Assembly: GCA_002269645.1 (NCBI GenBank)
Contig: NIVC01000017.1
Location: 186,001 to 250,000 of the forward strand
Length of the DNA stretch: 64,000 nucleotides
Source of the DNA: Macrostomum lignano
Lineage: Eukaryota
Direction of reading: 5' to 3'
This document shows positions 52,112 to 64,000 of the stretch, piece by piece. The notes below the pieces were generated by a model. That model was given only the letters and a program-made list of their open reading frames with translations, ran no database searches and had not been told where the DNA came from. Both the position numbers and the translations under genes were made by a program. How positions within the stretch are numbered: position 1 is the first letter of the stretch; each line of letters opens with the position of its first letter.

Positions 52112-53099
52112 TCAGCTGAGCCGGAGACGCGCCTCTCCCAGTGCTTTCAGGTAGCCATCCTCATCGCTGACTTCTTCTAGCCTGTAGGACAACACGGAAA
52201 TGCCAATTCGTTCGAGATCTGCCGAGGCGGCATTGAAGAAGGCTGTGCAGAATTTTCTTCTATCCATGTAGATTTCGTCAATTGACATTTGCCTAATGAT
52301 AGCGCTTTGCTGGGCCTCCAATTTCTCTTTGACGATTGCTTCAATCTCGTGTTCTTTCTTGCCTAAAAAATTGTCGAAAGCCACTGCCAGCATGTCTTGA
52401 TTCCAGCCATTTATTCGAACTTCTGATAGGCCGGTTACAGAAATAGTTACACCCTGCTTGGCATAAATTCTTGGCGATTCAACTGTGATTTTCATTACGT
52501 TCAGAGGCATCCGTTGGACTTTATGTATGCCAGGAATCGTACATTTCCATCCATTGGTAACGAACACCGGTGATTGATAACAGCAACCTGTAGGAAAGCA
52601 TTGAGTTGATGAAATAAATTCGTCAGCATATATCTGATAGAATAATGCACATGTACATGGTAAAAGTATCAATACAGTACGCTCGTATATATAATTTTTC
52701 AAAGAAATGTCAACTTTGAATGCAATATAAATAGCGCTCGAATAGGCGTGATCTGAGCTACATTTTTCTTTAGATGAAAAAAGTAATACTCTAAAAGCAA
52801 TAGATATTTAATTAATTGCATTTTTTCTGCAGAGTAGTTATCTCTGTAAGACTGTAGTGACTCAAGCCTCGCACGTCACGAATCATTGATTAGATTATCT
52901 TAGATCTCTGTTTCACAGTTTCTTCGCCTGTTTGTTTCTTTTGGTATGTTAAAGTGTTGAGGATAAAAACTATATATCCGAGTATAAGTAACTAATGTAC
53001 GAGTTTTAATTTGTTCTGAGTTTAGGACGTCGGTTTTAATTTCTTGCCTGTGATAATTAGAGCTTCGTTGGGCTTGCACGTTGTGCATCCGAAAACCAT
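52112..53099 (-). CDS. Divergent flotillin paralogue, SPFH domain only (175 aa), GC-AG intron
   Basis: Exon 1 53099-53048 (MVFGCTTCKPNEALIITG; 52 nt, same as FLOT1 exon 1). Donor CAG|GCAAGA; acceptor TTTCCTACAG| before 52587. Exon 2 is open to TGA 52112 and aligns along FLOT1 (KVQRMPLNVMKITVESPRIYAKQGVTISVTG...DEDGYLKALGEAR). Confidence 0.8.
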
Positions 53100-53657
53100 A
53101 TTATCCTGTAATATTTGTGCAATACTAAACGTGTGCTGTTCACGATAGCGCAGCTGAAGCCTGAACCGTACTGAGTGGTTCCTTCAAGATGGGCTATATA
53201 GTGCCGGGCAGTAGGTCCGTACAGGCGTGGGACTTGTACGCAGAGCTCAAAAGAAATTTTAAAATGATTTCGTGCAAATAGTTTTCGTGTGGCTTATAAC
53301 AAAATATATTTCTTGTAGTATATTTAAGAGCGTACGAGAAACTGAGCCTGTAAACTTTATACCTTTACAAGTAAGTTAAAGTAAATTCAAAACTTATTCA
53401 AAACCAAGTGAAACCTTTCCAGGACTGGAAAGTTGTACAAAAACGTCATTGACAATTTCTGAGGTCATAGTTGACCCCACACTGGTGGATTTAATCTAGC
53501 GAATTATCCATTGTTCGTTTAACCTTTTAGTAATTTCAACCTGGCTTTTAGCCATTTAATTAACCTTTTTGGCTTATTTCTTTCAAATATCATGTAAGCT
53601 GTTAACGTGTAACATTGCCAAAACATTTGTAGACCTACATCGATTCCATTCCTGGCT

Positions 53658-53840
53658 CAGGGGCGGATCCAGAGGTGGGGGGGACCAAGGGGGCCATGGC
53701 CCTCCCCTCAGCCGCGGCCAAAAAATTTTGGTCATGCTTTTTTAGCCTGCCACTATGCCAGGTCTATTTTCCAATATGGGTTGTACTTGTAGTGCTTGGT
53801 ATAGCTTGGCCCCCTCAAAAATTTTCTGGGTCCATGCCTG
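53658..53840. mobile_element. Short MITE-like element (possible hAT)
   Basis: Imperfect TIRs CAGGGGCGGATCCAG / CTGGGTCCATGCCTG. Flanks TCCTGGCT and ACCTGGCA match 6/8. Confidence 0.45.
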
Positions 53841-54004
53841 ACCTGGCAGTCCTGGCTATGGACTAGGGCCTATACCTAGCAGTTGTTATCTCTTTTGATT
53901 TATGCTTAGCTATATTAGCTTATGATAGAGCATGAGCTTATGAGCATTTGACAATACAGAATGCATTAATTATAAATTTATACTGTATTCTATTGACTAG
54001 GGCC

Positions 54005-54668
54005 CCATAGTCAGGAAGGTGACAGAGTGTGCGCCGGAACAAATTTTGGCCTCTCCCAAAATTGTGCGCCGTGCGCCGACACAAAAACCCTCGTGTGCGC
54101 CGTTGTGCGCCCGCCACTACCTGCCTTGCGACAATAAAAGACCTTTTTTTACAACATAGCAACAATTTTTGTGCGCCAATATACGGGACGGTTACGGGCT
54201 ATCTATATTATATTATGAGAAATTGAGATCGTTAAACCGAATATAGAAATTTAAAAAAATTTTAATTTAATTTCTAATTTTTAAAACAAAACAAACATAA
54301 AAAGTAAGCAAATGGCAAAAACAAAGGTAAAAAGGAAAAGGAAACTATTTTTTTTTATTTTTTATTTTTTTGTAGAATGCAGTGTTACATTAGATGGAAC
54401 AGTGAATAGTGTACTGTAACAAGTAACGACTTACATCGTTACATGGGATCGCCACAAGGGTAACGCTGCATGTGGCGCGGCGCCCGCCGCGCCGCGCCGC
54501 CATGCGCCGGTGTCCTCTGGTGTGCGCCGTTGTGCGCCGCTGTGCGCCAGTGCGCCGCTGTGCGCTGTTGTGGCGCGCCGCTGTGCGCCGTTGTGCGCCG
54601 TTGTGTGCCCAAAAAGGGCTTGTGTGCGCCGGAATTTTCCGACCAAACTGCCACCTTCCTGACTATGG
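54005..54668. mobile_element. hAT-type MITE, 664 bp
   Basis: 21-bp TIRs CCATAGTCAGGAAGGTG(A/G)CAG (20/21 match). Perfect 8-bp TSD CTAGGGCC at 53997-54004 and 54669-54676. Subterminal GTGCGCCG repeats. Confidence 0.88.
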
Positions 54669-55296
54669 CTAGGGCCTAGGCCTTTTTATTAGAAGTATAA
54701 TTACTAATTTAATTAGTAATTCAAATATTGACATTGTTTAGCAAGTTTAGTCAAATTCGAATTGAATAAACAAAGCATAAAAATTCTAGGTAAAAAGTCA
54801 AAAGTATACTAGTAATCATACTATAATTACACTGTATAGGCCTATGCCACCTATATATCTATAATGACAATAGGCCTATGAATAAAAAATCTAACTTTTG
54901 TCAATATTAGGATTCTTAGGATAAAAATCTAATGAAAAAACCTAAGTTTTGTCAATATTAGGATTCTTAGGAGTAGGATATCCTAGACCTTGCCAATCCT
55001 AGTATCCTAATGAGTTAGGCCAAGATCCTAGGTCTAGGATTGAAAAAAAGTTTTTCATCATCTTTGTTAAATGTTAATACAATTTTACATTGTATCATCT
55101 AATCAAAAAGGCTTTCAATTCAATAACATAAGTAGAACAAAAATTATTTTGCAAGCAAAAAACTAGTAGACCTAGACCCTAGCCTAGCTAATAAGCTTTA
55201 AATTGGAATATAATATGTAAGTTGGTTCATATAATATTATAATATATGCTTTTATTTATAAGCTAGATAATAAAAATTTTTGTAATCAAAATTAGA

Positions 55297-55329
55297 CTAG
55301 ACTAGCATACTGAGCCCCCCTTGGGGGGC
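55297..55329 (-). mobile_element. Helitron-type 3' terminus (GC hairpin followed by CTAG|T)
   Basis: Minus strand reads GCCCCCCAAGGGGGGC-TCAGTATG-CTAG-T-CTAG-T in otherwise AT-rich DNA, co-oriented with the RPA-like gene upstream. Confidence 0.55.
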
Positions 55330-56583
55330 ACTATTTAAAAAAATAGAAGTTTCAACATGTATTAGTAAAAACATGGACTAATGGAAATTAATAAATAAAT
55401 TGAAATACAAATACCTATTTGTCTATCACTTAAAATACTGTAGCAATAAGAAGAAAACTCATTCACCCATGACAAATGACTCCATAGGAAGACAAATTCC
55501 TCCTTCAAGCATCAGTACTTAAATTCAGTTTGCTTATTAATATCCTGATGCATAATTAAGACCATAGATCTTATATTCCCTAGATAAGCCACTCACAACC
55601 ATAAGCACACCCATAGAGCCTTCATCTTTCTTGAAGATTTTGCAACTACAATATCAGGTCAGTAGCTTGTGCGCGTATTAATGTTTTTTAATAATTAGAT
55701 GGCAGGCGCAAGCCATACTTGCTTGTAGTCCATGTAGCCCTTGTTTTGGAAAAAAGCCTATGCCTGAATCCTATGACTAAAAGAAGATCAACTTCAGGGT
55801 TGCTTAATGCTTTAATCCACTTCTGAGCAGCAAAGCCATTCCTAGGGAAGTTGTGCAGCGACATTTTGATTCAATTACTTGTTGGTGGTGGCAATTTGTA
55901 TATGCTGCAGCCCCGAATTCAGCGCTCTTTTGCCCATTTGTTTGATAGCAAAGCGCAAGGTCGCGACAACCTGTGAACTTTGTGTCTGTTGCGAATATTC
56001 TTGTAACCACGAAAGAAATATGTCTATGTCCCTTTAAGCTATTGACCTCAGACTTTCTCAAAAGCTGTCGGCTTAAATAAATTTTTCTTGCAATTCACGT
56101 GGTCAGTCTTTTCCTATTGAATGCACCAAGAGTGGCATATCTAGGGAATATAAGATCTATGGTTAAGACCCATAGATTAGACTTCCAAAATTTCATATTA
56201 AAAAATAATCGAAAGATAAAAAAAACACCAAAGAACCAAACAAAGACTGTCAGTATCTATATTTATATTTTGATTTCAATGATGCAAACATATTATATAT
56301 TTATATTTTATATTTTAATTCCTTCAAACCACTCAGTTGAGCAAAAAAGCCTCTATGTGACTCACAATATCACAAACATTGCAAGAGTTTCACAGGCTTT
56401 CTAGGAATTCACTCACACAATAAGTTGAATCTTGATTCTGCTTACGCCTAGTTGATGGCTCTGGAGTGCTGGTCACTGGCTGCTGTTCATTTCAATTGAA
56501 TGTTAACTATAACAAAAGGAGTTCAGTAAATATATACAAATTGACTTGTTATATGAATTACTTTTTTATTATATAAATAGCAA

Positions 56584-57589
56584 TTAAATAAAGCTTACCA
56601 ATATTTCTCCAAATCGTTGCTGGATCTGCTCAACACTCCCGTAGTGCTGCAGAGCTTCTGGTGGATTCTCATAGACCAAAACCCTTGTACTATCAGGCTG
56701 ATGTGTTTGCGACTGCTGTTCCATCATGGACTGCGACGCCATAATGGGAGAGAACCCTAGTTCCTCTTTTTGGGCTTCATCAAACCACTTGTTCAACAAT
56801 TTGTAATCATCAGAGTCGCATTTTCTAGCTTCCATGCAGGTTAGCGTCACCATCCTGGCATATTCATGCATTGCAGCTCTTCTGATCTCCAGAATGTCAC
56901 TGATGGACCACCATTGAACCTGGTCAGCTTTGTTGCCCCAGAATGCGCATTCCATGGATGACTTTGAACTGTCCACCAGGGTCACCTTACTTAAGGCAAC
57001 CATGCTCTGGTCCTTCTTCTGGACTTCTGAGCAGTTATCACCCCCGACACATTTACAAGCCTGTAAAATTTGAATTTGGATAATAAATATATAAATTTAG
57101 CAAAATTTTTATTGCCTATAGAATAAAAATTAGCATATAATATTTGCTTACTTCTTCAAAGCCAAATTGCCTAATTCAAAAATGTCTGTGAACTCAACTT
57201 GATAAGAGCTCACTAACTCATTGCTTAAAACGATACTGCCTTTGGAATCCATAGACAGGGACACCTCCAACTTGTTGTCAGTTCTGTTGTAGGTTGGATG
57301 CAATGACTTCACAAACCCGCCAGCAATGTGAACAACCTGGGCGCTCTTGCAGATGTCATGCAGTGGCCGTAGCTCTTTGCTAAACACTGACCCAAATGTT
57401 GGCAGTCTTGTCTCCCAGAACAAAGGAGAACACCTGTGCTTTGTCTCCTTTGCTTTTAAAGTCCAAAACATTGCAGGGCTCTCTAATCACTCAGCCAGTA
57501 ACAGAACCTTGCATAGGGCCTAGCCGCAAGCCTTTGATGGACAGCTTTGGACGCTGGGACTCGCTCGCGTAATCAGTACTGGTGGCCAT
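56584..57589 (-). pseudogene. RPA70/RPA1-like tandem OB-fold ssDNA-binding protein pseudogene, probably Helitron-borne
   Basis: ATG 57589. Reads GSVTG*VIREP...KAQVFSFVLGDKTANIWVSV/FSKEL...HIAGGFVK...KLEVSL (like DBD-A), then an intron ~57147-57061, then LVNVSGVI/...SKVTLVDSSKSSMECAFWGNKADQ...YKLLNKWFDE (like DBD-B). In-frame TGA at 57493-57491 and two frameshifts. Confidence 0.7.
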
Positions 57590-58342
57590 TTCTTGAAATT
57601 GATTCGAAAATTGACAGTAAAATCAATTAATATACTTAATAAATTTGATGCTGAAAAAGATTACATGTATGTATCGATTCAAAATTTTGCTCTTTAAGCA
57701 ACAAAAAATAAGTTTAACTTACGAGAAAATGATTGCTGATGAATATTGCAAACTTGAGAATGAGATGAAAAACAGATGAAAGACTGCAATGAAAGATTTA
57801 AGTAAATTATTTGGTACACTTGATTTGAATTTCTGGGAAGTTAGCTCGGCAAACAAATGGTTAACAGAATAAAATAAGATTTAAGCTTCTAGCAAATCAG
57901 AAAACCCCCATACTTACCCATACCCAAATCTTTATGGGCCACATAGCAAGTAATAATATAGCTATACAGCTAATACCAGATGCTGATTCATCTCACTACC
58001 ACCCCCAGCCAATCAACCCCCGCCTGGCCAGCTGCAAGGCTCTCTAAGACTTAGTGCCAATAAAGTGGACTCCCAGAGCACGTACATTTCACTTTTCACT
58101 GCCATATACACCTGTGTATTAAATGTACATATGTATTATATATTATGTATGCACCTTGGATGTTCCTTTCATTCTAGAATATTCTAGAAAGGAACCTGTA
58201 ATATCTTTTCTTTTTATAAACTAATTTTGCACTGTATTTGTGCGTGCGTGCTAACTGAATTTCAATTCTGATAAAGATTGCATCACAACAGGTTGAAAAC
58301 AGTGTCATTGAAAACAGTGTTATTTTGAAAAACAAACTTGAT

Positions 58343-58750
58343 TGGCAATGTTGCAGTTTGTTTTGCGTAATTATTTTTACTTTTGAATATATGCCAACAC
58401 CATGAACAATCAAACAAGTGAACATTAACAGGACTATAACATCATTCCTTAGTCACTGAATCCTCAAAAGTTCCTCAAAACAAGTCTCAGAACTCAAATA
58501 CTCACATTGTTGACAGGTCACTTGATTGGACAGCAGGTGGAACTTAGCTAGCCAACGAATCATTGATACTGTGTCGCAAGTCACATCATAAATGTAGCGC
58601 AAAGGGACTTACTAAAACTTGCCCAAAAGTGTCTATGGCCTTTTAGGATGATGTGGCATGACAAGTCTGCATATATTTAAACCCTCTGTGACACATTGGC
58701 ATGTATTCAAAAGTAAAAATAATTATGTGTAACAAACTGCAACATTGCCA
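58343..58750. mobile_element. Fold-back/MITE-like element with 55-bp inverted repeats
   Basis: 58343-58397 is the reverse complement of 58696-58750 at 50/55 positions. No TSD identified. Confidence 0.65.
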
Positions 58751-60171
58751 CTTGATTATAATATAACCTAGGAAACAATAGCTTATAAAGCTAAGCCTAT
58801 GGTCTAAAGTACTAATAATAGGATAAAAAAGATCAGACCCTCTAAGGGCATTTGGCTTAGATAGAAAATTGTAAACTTGGGATTGTGGTCTATTGGTAAT
58901 AACAAAGCCCCAATATTCTAATTTTAATTATGACCAAAAGGTTTTAAAGATAGGGATTGCTTAAAGTAGTTTTATTATTTTTATCTCTATTCTAGTAGGC
59001 ATCTAAAATGTAAAAGCCATTATTAAATTTTTGTACCAAACCAAATCTTTAGCCCATTCCATATATGCTAACAAGCACTTATAGTTACATATTTCTATAC
59101 ATATTTTTGGCAAACTTATACAACTCTATGAGGTTTATGTGTAGGTTTTTTGCAAATAAAAATAAACTTACATGGTTTCATTTGAAAATGTTGCATATTG
59201 TTATATATTACAATATTATATTATTATATTACTTATTACATTTAAAACAAAGTTATTACATTTGAAAGCAAAGCCATTAAGTACTATATTAACATTACAA
59301 AAAATTTAAAGTTAATAATATTTCAGAATAATTTTTCAGATTTTTCAAATTTCAGATAAGTGCCAAAAATTGTATATTTTAAAGTAAAAACTTGCAAAAA
59401 ATTATGTGTAACTTTCTATTCTAAAATTGCTATGCAAAGATTCTATCCTAGTCTTAGGATTTTTTAAGCATTAAGAATAATGTTTTTGACATAAAGGGAT
59501 AAGAAACAATGAAGGATTATCTTTTATTGCTTTAGGCTTTATATACTATGTATATATGTTTTAGAATTATAATTATAGTAGTCTATAAATATATGCATAT
59601 AGCATATATTATTATACTTTAAATCTCTTTATAGTCTGCCAATAGCTTCTGTTGTGTATCCTTGTAGCCTTAGCCTTTTATTCGTTAGTTTTTATGTTAA
59701 AAGATAATGAATCAAAGCAGGACCTTATGATTCCTTTTGATTTTCATTTGAGAAGTAGTTTAGATATAGATATTATTTGAGAATAAATGATTGAATTTAT
59801 TGCAAAGCAACATTTGGATGCTGATAGTTAATATTAATAATTTTCAAATCCTAGACAATTAAGACCCTAGGATTTAGAATGCTAGAATCCCGAGATTATT
59901 GTGCTCAAATACATTTAAACAAATTACAGTAAAAGAATGTTTATTAACCAAGTATTAAAATATTTTCATGGGTGCCCATAAAAATTTTAATCTTGAGTAC
60001 AGTCCATTGTTTAACTCTGTCTAAACACCAGTTTACATTAATGCTAATAGCTTGGCAAGAAGCTTCTCTTGATGAGTTCAATATGGTTTGACTACAGAAC
60101 AGAGACTATACATCAGTTACACATGATTCATGAATCCTATAACAAGGTAGAACATTTATCCCACTAACTAA

Positions 60172-61305
60172 ATGCTAGTTGGCCGCGATCTGCTGGCCCG
60201 CCAGCCAAAGTCCAGCAGCCTGCCAGAGACTGGCGGACTCAAACGGCATTGGCGCGACGCCAACTCTGACAGTAGCAAATCAGAAGTTGACTTGGCAATG
60301 GCCAGGTGGCGGCTCACCTTAACAGAGGAGCGCAGCGCATCGCCAAATCAATTAGCCAAAGGCGAATGGCTGCCCAATCAGTGCCAAGTGCTTGTGTCCG
60401 GCCGCGCCAAATTCTCTGGCCAGTTTGGCTGGCGGCGCCAAACAGATGGCGCCACTCTGCTGCACCCGGAGGAGGCGCTAGTGCTGATGGAGCTGGGCAA
60501 ATTGCTAGTAGAATTTGGCGGATTGCCGCTGTCCATACAGCAGGCCTATCAGACTTTTCTAACGTCGCCTTTAGAGTTTAAACGTTGGTTAGCGTATGCC
60601 AGACTGGTTCGAGCTGGTTACAGGCTGGTCAGGCATTCGCCGTCACCCAGGGGGCCTACAGCGGCAGCTCAGGCTCCACCCTCAGCTGTGGCTGAGTCGC
60701 GCCAGTTCTTTATTGATCTGTCAAATCGGCCCAAACGGCGTATTGACGCCGGTCTGCCTTCCTCAACCGGTGCCGCTGCTGAAATTGATCCTAGCAGAGC
60801 CGCCTCTTGGTCCGAATATCGGGCAGCAAGCTCGGCCATTGTAGTTCCAGCGATCGCTCGCGAGCTTCAGTCGGCTAGTTTTCCTATGGGCGAGTCGCTG
60901 CCCGGGCCGCTGCTGCCCTGTCAGGACCTGGCTTGTTTAACAACTCGCGAAGCTCTTCAACGAATGTCATTGCCAGAGATTCCAGTTGGCTCAGAGTCGG
61001 GTGAAGATTGCCGATGCTCGGTTTGCAGCGGCCAGCTCGCTCGCGTTGATTTCGACGTCTTCCGGCCGGGGCACCGGCGGCGACGCACGGCAGCCGGGGC
61101 GGCTCTGCCCGACTATCGGCTGGCTGTTGTAGACGTTGACTCGACTCCGCCCTGCCCCGTCGGGGTGCGCGCTCTGCAGCTGCTGGCTGCTGGCGGTTCC
61201 GCCGGCATCGGCGTGGACCTCCTGTTTGCCATAGTTGACGATGCCAGCGTGCACTATCAGGTGTGCTCAACTGGCGGCGTGGAGACTATTGAGTATCGAT
61301 TCTAA
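60172..61305 (+). CDS. TSEN54: tRNA-splicing endonuclease subunit Sen54, intronless, 377 aa
   Basis: LHPEEALVLMELGKL...LPLSIQQAYQ...LVRAGYRLVRH (Sen54 N-terminal motif) and C-terminal VDFDVF...LLFAIVDDASVHY. AATAAA near 61356. Confidence 0.9.
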   Translation: MLVGRDLLARQPKSSSLPETGGLKRHWRDANSDSSKSEVDLAMARWRLTLTEERSASPNQLAKGEWLPNQCQVLVSGRAKFSGQFGWRRQTDGATLLHPEEALVLMELGKLLVEFGGLPLSIQQAYQTFLTSPLEFKRWLAYARLVRAGYRLVRHSPSPRGPTAAAQAPPSAVAESRQFFIDLSNRPKRRIDAGLPSSTGAAAEIDPSRAASWSEYRAASSAIVVPAIARELQSASFPMGESLPGPLLPCQDLACLTTREALQRMSLPEIPVGSESGEDCRCSVCSGQLARVDFDVFRPGHRRRRTAAGAALPDYRLAVVDVDSTPPCPVGVRALQLLAAGGSAGIGVDLLFAIVDDASVHYQVCSTGGVETIEYRF

Positions 61306-61371
61306 CTAGCTAGTGAATGCATTTAATGCTATTGTGTAGTCTATGATATTGTTTAAATAAATGCTCTACTT

Positions 61372-61554
61372 CAGGGGCCGGCAAAACTCAGGGGCCAGCT
61401 GAGAAAGAAAAAGATAGGGAATAGAAGATGAGAGAAGAGGACAGAGCTGAGAAGAGACACAAACATTATCTTAAGCGGGTCGGGTGGCTATTGTGGAGTT
61501 TCAAAACATAATTAGGATAGAGAGTCTTCGCGGGCCGGCGTTTGCCGACCCCTG
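61372..61554. mobile_element. hAT (Charlie-like) MITE, 183 bp
   Basis: TIRs CAGGGG(C/T)CGGCAAAC (14/15 match). Perfect 8-bp TSD CTCTACTT at 61364-61371 and 61555-61562. Confidence 0.9.
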
Positions 61555-62068
61555 CTCTACTTACTTGAACAAGTAGTATTTTCGTTTCTTTTTTATTTTC
61601 GTTTCCTAAGTTTATTTAATAATTTTTCATAGTCAAACTACATTTTTGGATAGGGGAAAAACATATTATGCCAACATGGCAAACTAAAACACTCTCATAA
61701 CTTTGCAATTAATCAAGTTGAGAAAGAATCGAAATATTCAATTCAATTCAACTTAGCAAGTAGCGACAAGAGCTAGTGTTAATATTTTTTGCGGAAACAT
61801 AATAAAGCAATTCTAGACGAGTACTTATACGAAACGGTACTGCATTTTCAGGCTCTAAATTTTGAATCATAAATCAACTTGATTTCAAGTTGTTGCGCGG
61901 CCGCCGTGTGTCTGTGCTGTCAACACAATATCAGTTACTGCTTTTTCTGCAGCATCTAAGAGCAAGAAAGAAGAGAGAGGAGAGTGCAGCAAGAGATTGT
62001 CTTTGTAGTCGAGATTCGGCCAATCAGCATATTTTTCAGTGCGAACTGTCAACGGACTCAAATTTGCT

Positions 62069-63829
<1,761 letters not shown>

Positions 63830-64000
63830 TGATAAAGTGGCGCTTTTGAGTTCTACGAGCACTGAATTCCTTGGATGCCGTGGTCTTTGTGATGCCGTGG
63901 TCTGTGTAAAGGGATTTTATTATGCTCTTGTCCGGATTTGTCCCCATTTTGGTCCGGATTTTAGTCCGGTTTTGTCCCCATTTTGGTCCGGATTTTAGTC

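Noticed and set aside
55804-56061. Possible third OB-fold/zinc-finger exon of the RPA-like gene
   Set aside because: Cys spacing and sequence could not be aligned convincingly to RPA70 DBD-C by eye.

Overview
Eukaryotic (metazoan) genomic DNA with spliceosomal GT-AG introns. The GC-rich exons inside minisatellite-packed introns and the (CAGA)n tracts suggest a free-living flatworm such as Macrostomum; this is an inference from style only. Recognisable genes, left to right: SPAG1 (5'-partial, +), CCT7 (+), a 12-exon anosmin-1/KAL1 orthologue spanning ~25 kb (-), a 2-exon orphan gene (+), flotillin-1 (-), a tandem truncated SPFH-only flotillin paralogue with a GC-AG intron (-), a decayed RPA70-like OB-fold gene next to a Helitron-type 3' end (-), intronless TSEN54 (+) and ICA1/ICA69 (3'-partial, +). 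About 25 kb (~40%, hand tally) is tandem repeat in more than 30 distinct arrays. These arrays explain almost all the long ORFs in the supplied track. Several hAT-type MITEs with exact 8-bp TSDs are present. Best leads: (1) a FLOT1 intron flanked by a perfect 15-bp direct repeat and absent from the adjacent paralogue, i.e. an apparent intron gain; (2) the SPFH-only flotillin paralogue; (3) the Helitron/RPA relic; (4) minisatellites that fill introns up to the splice sites, appear enriched for 6-bp palindromic cores and include a dispersed GGCGCCAA family. All exon models were read by hand and no database searches were run.
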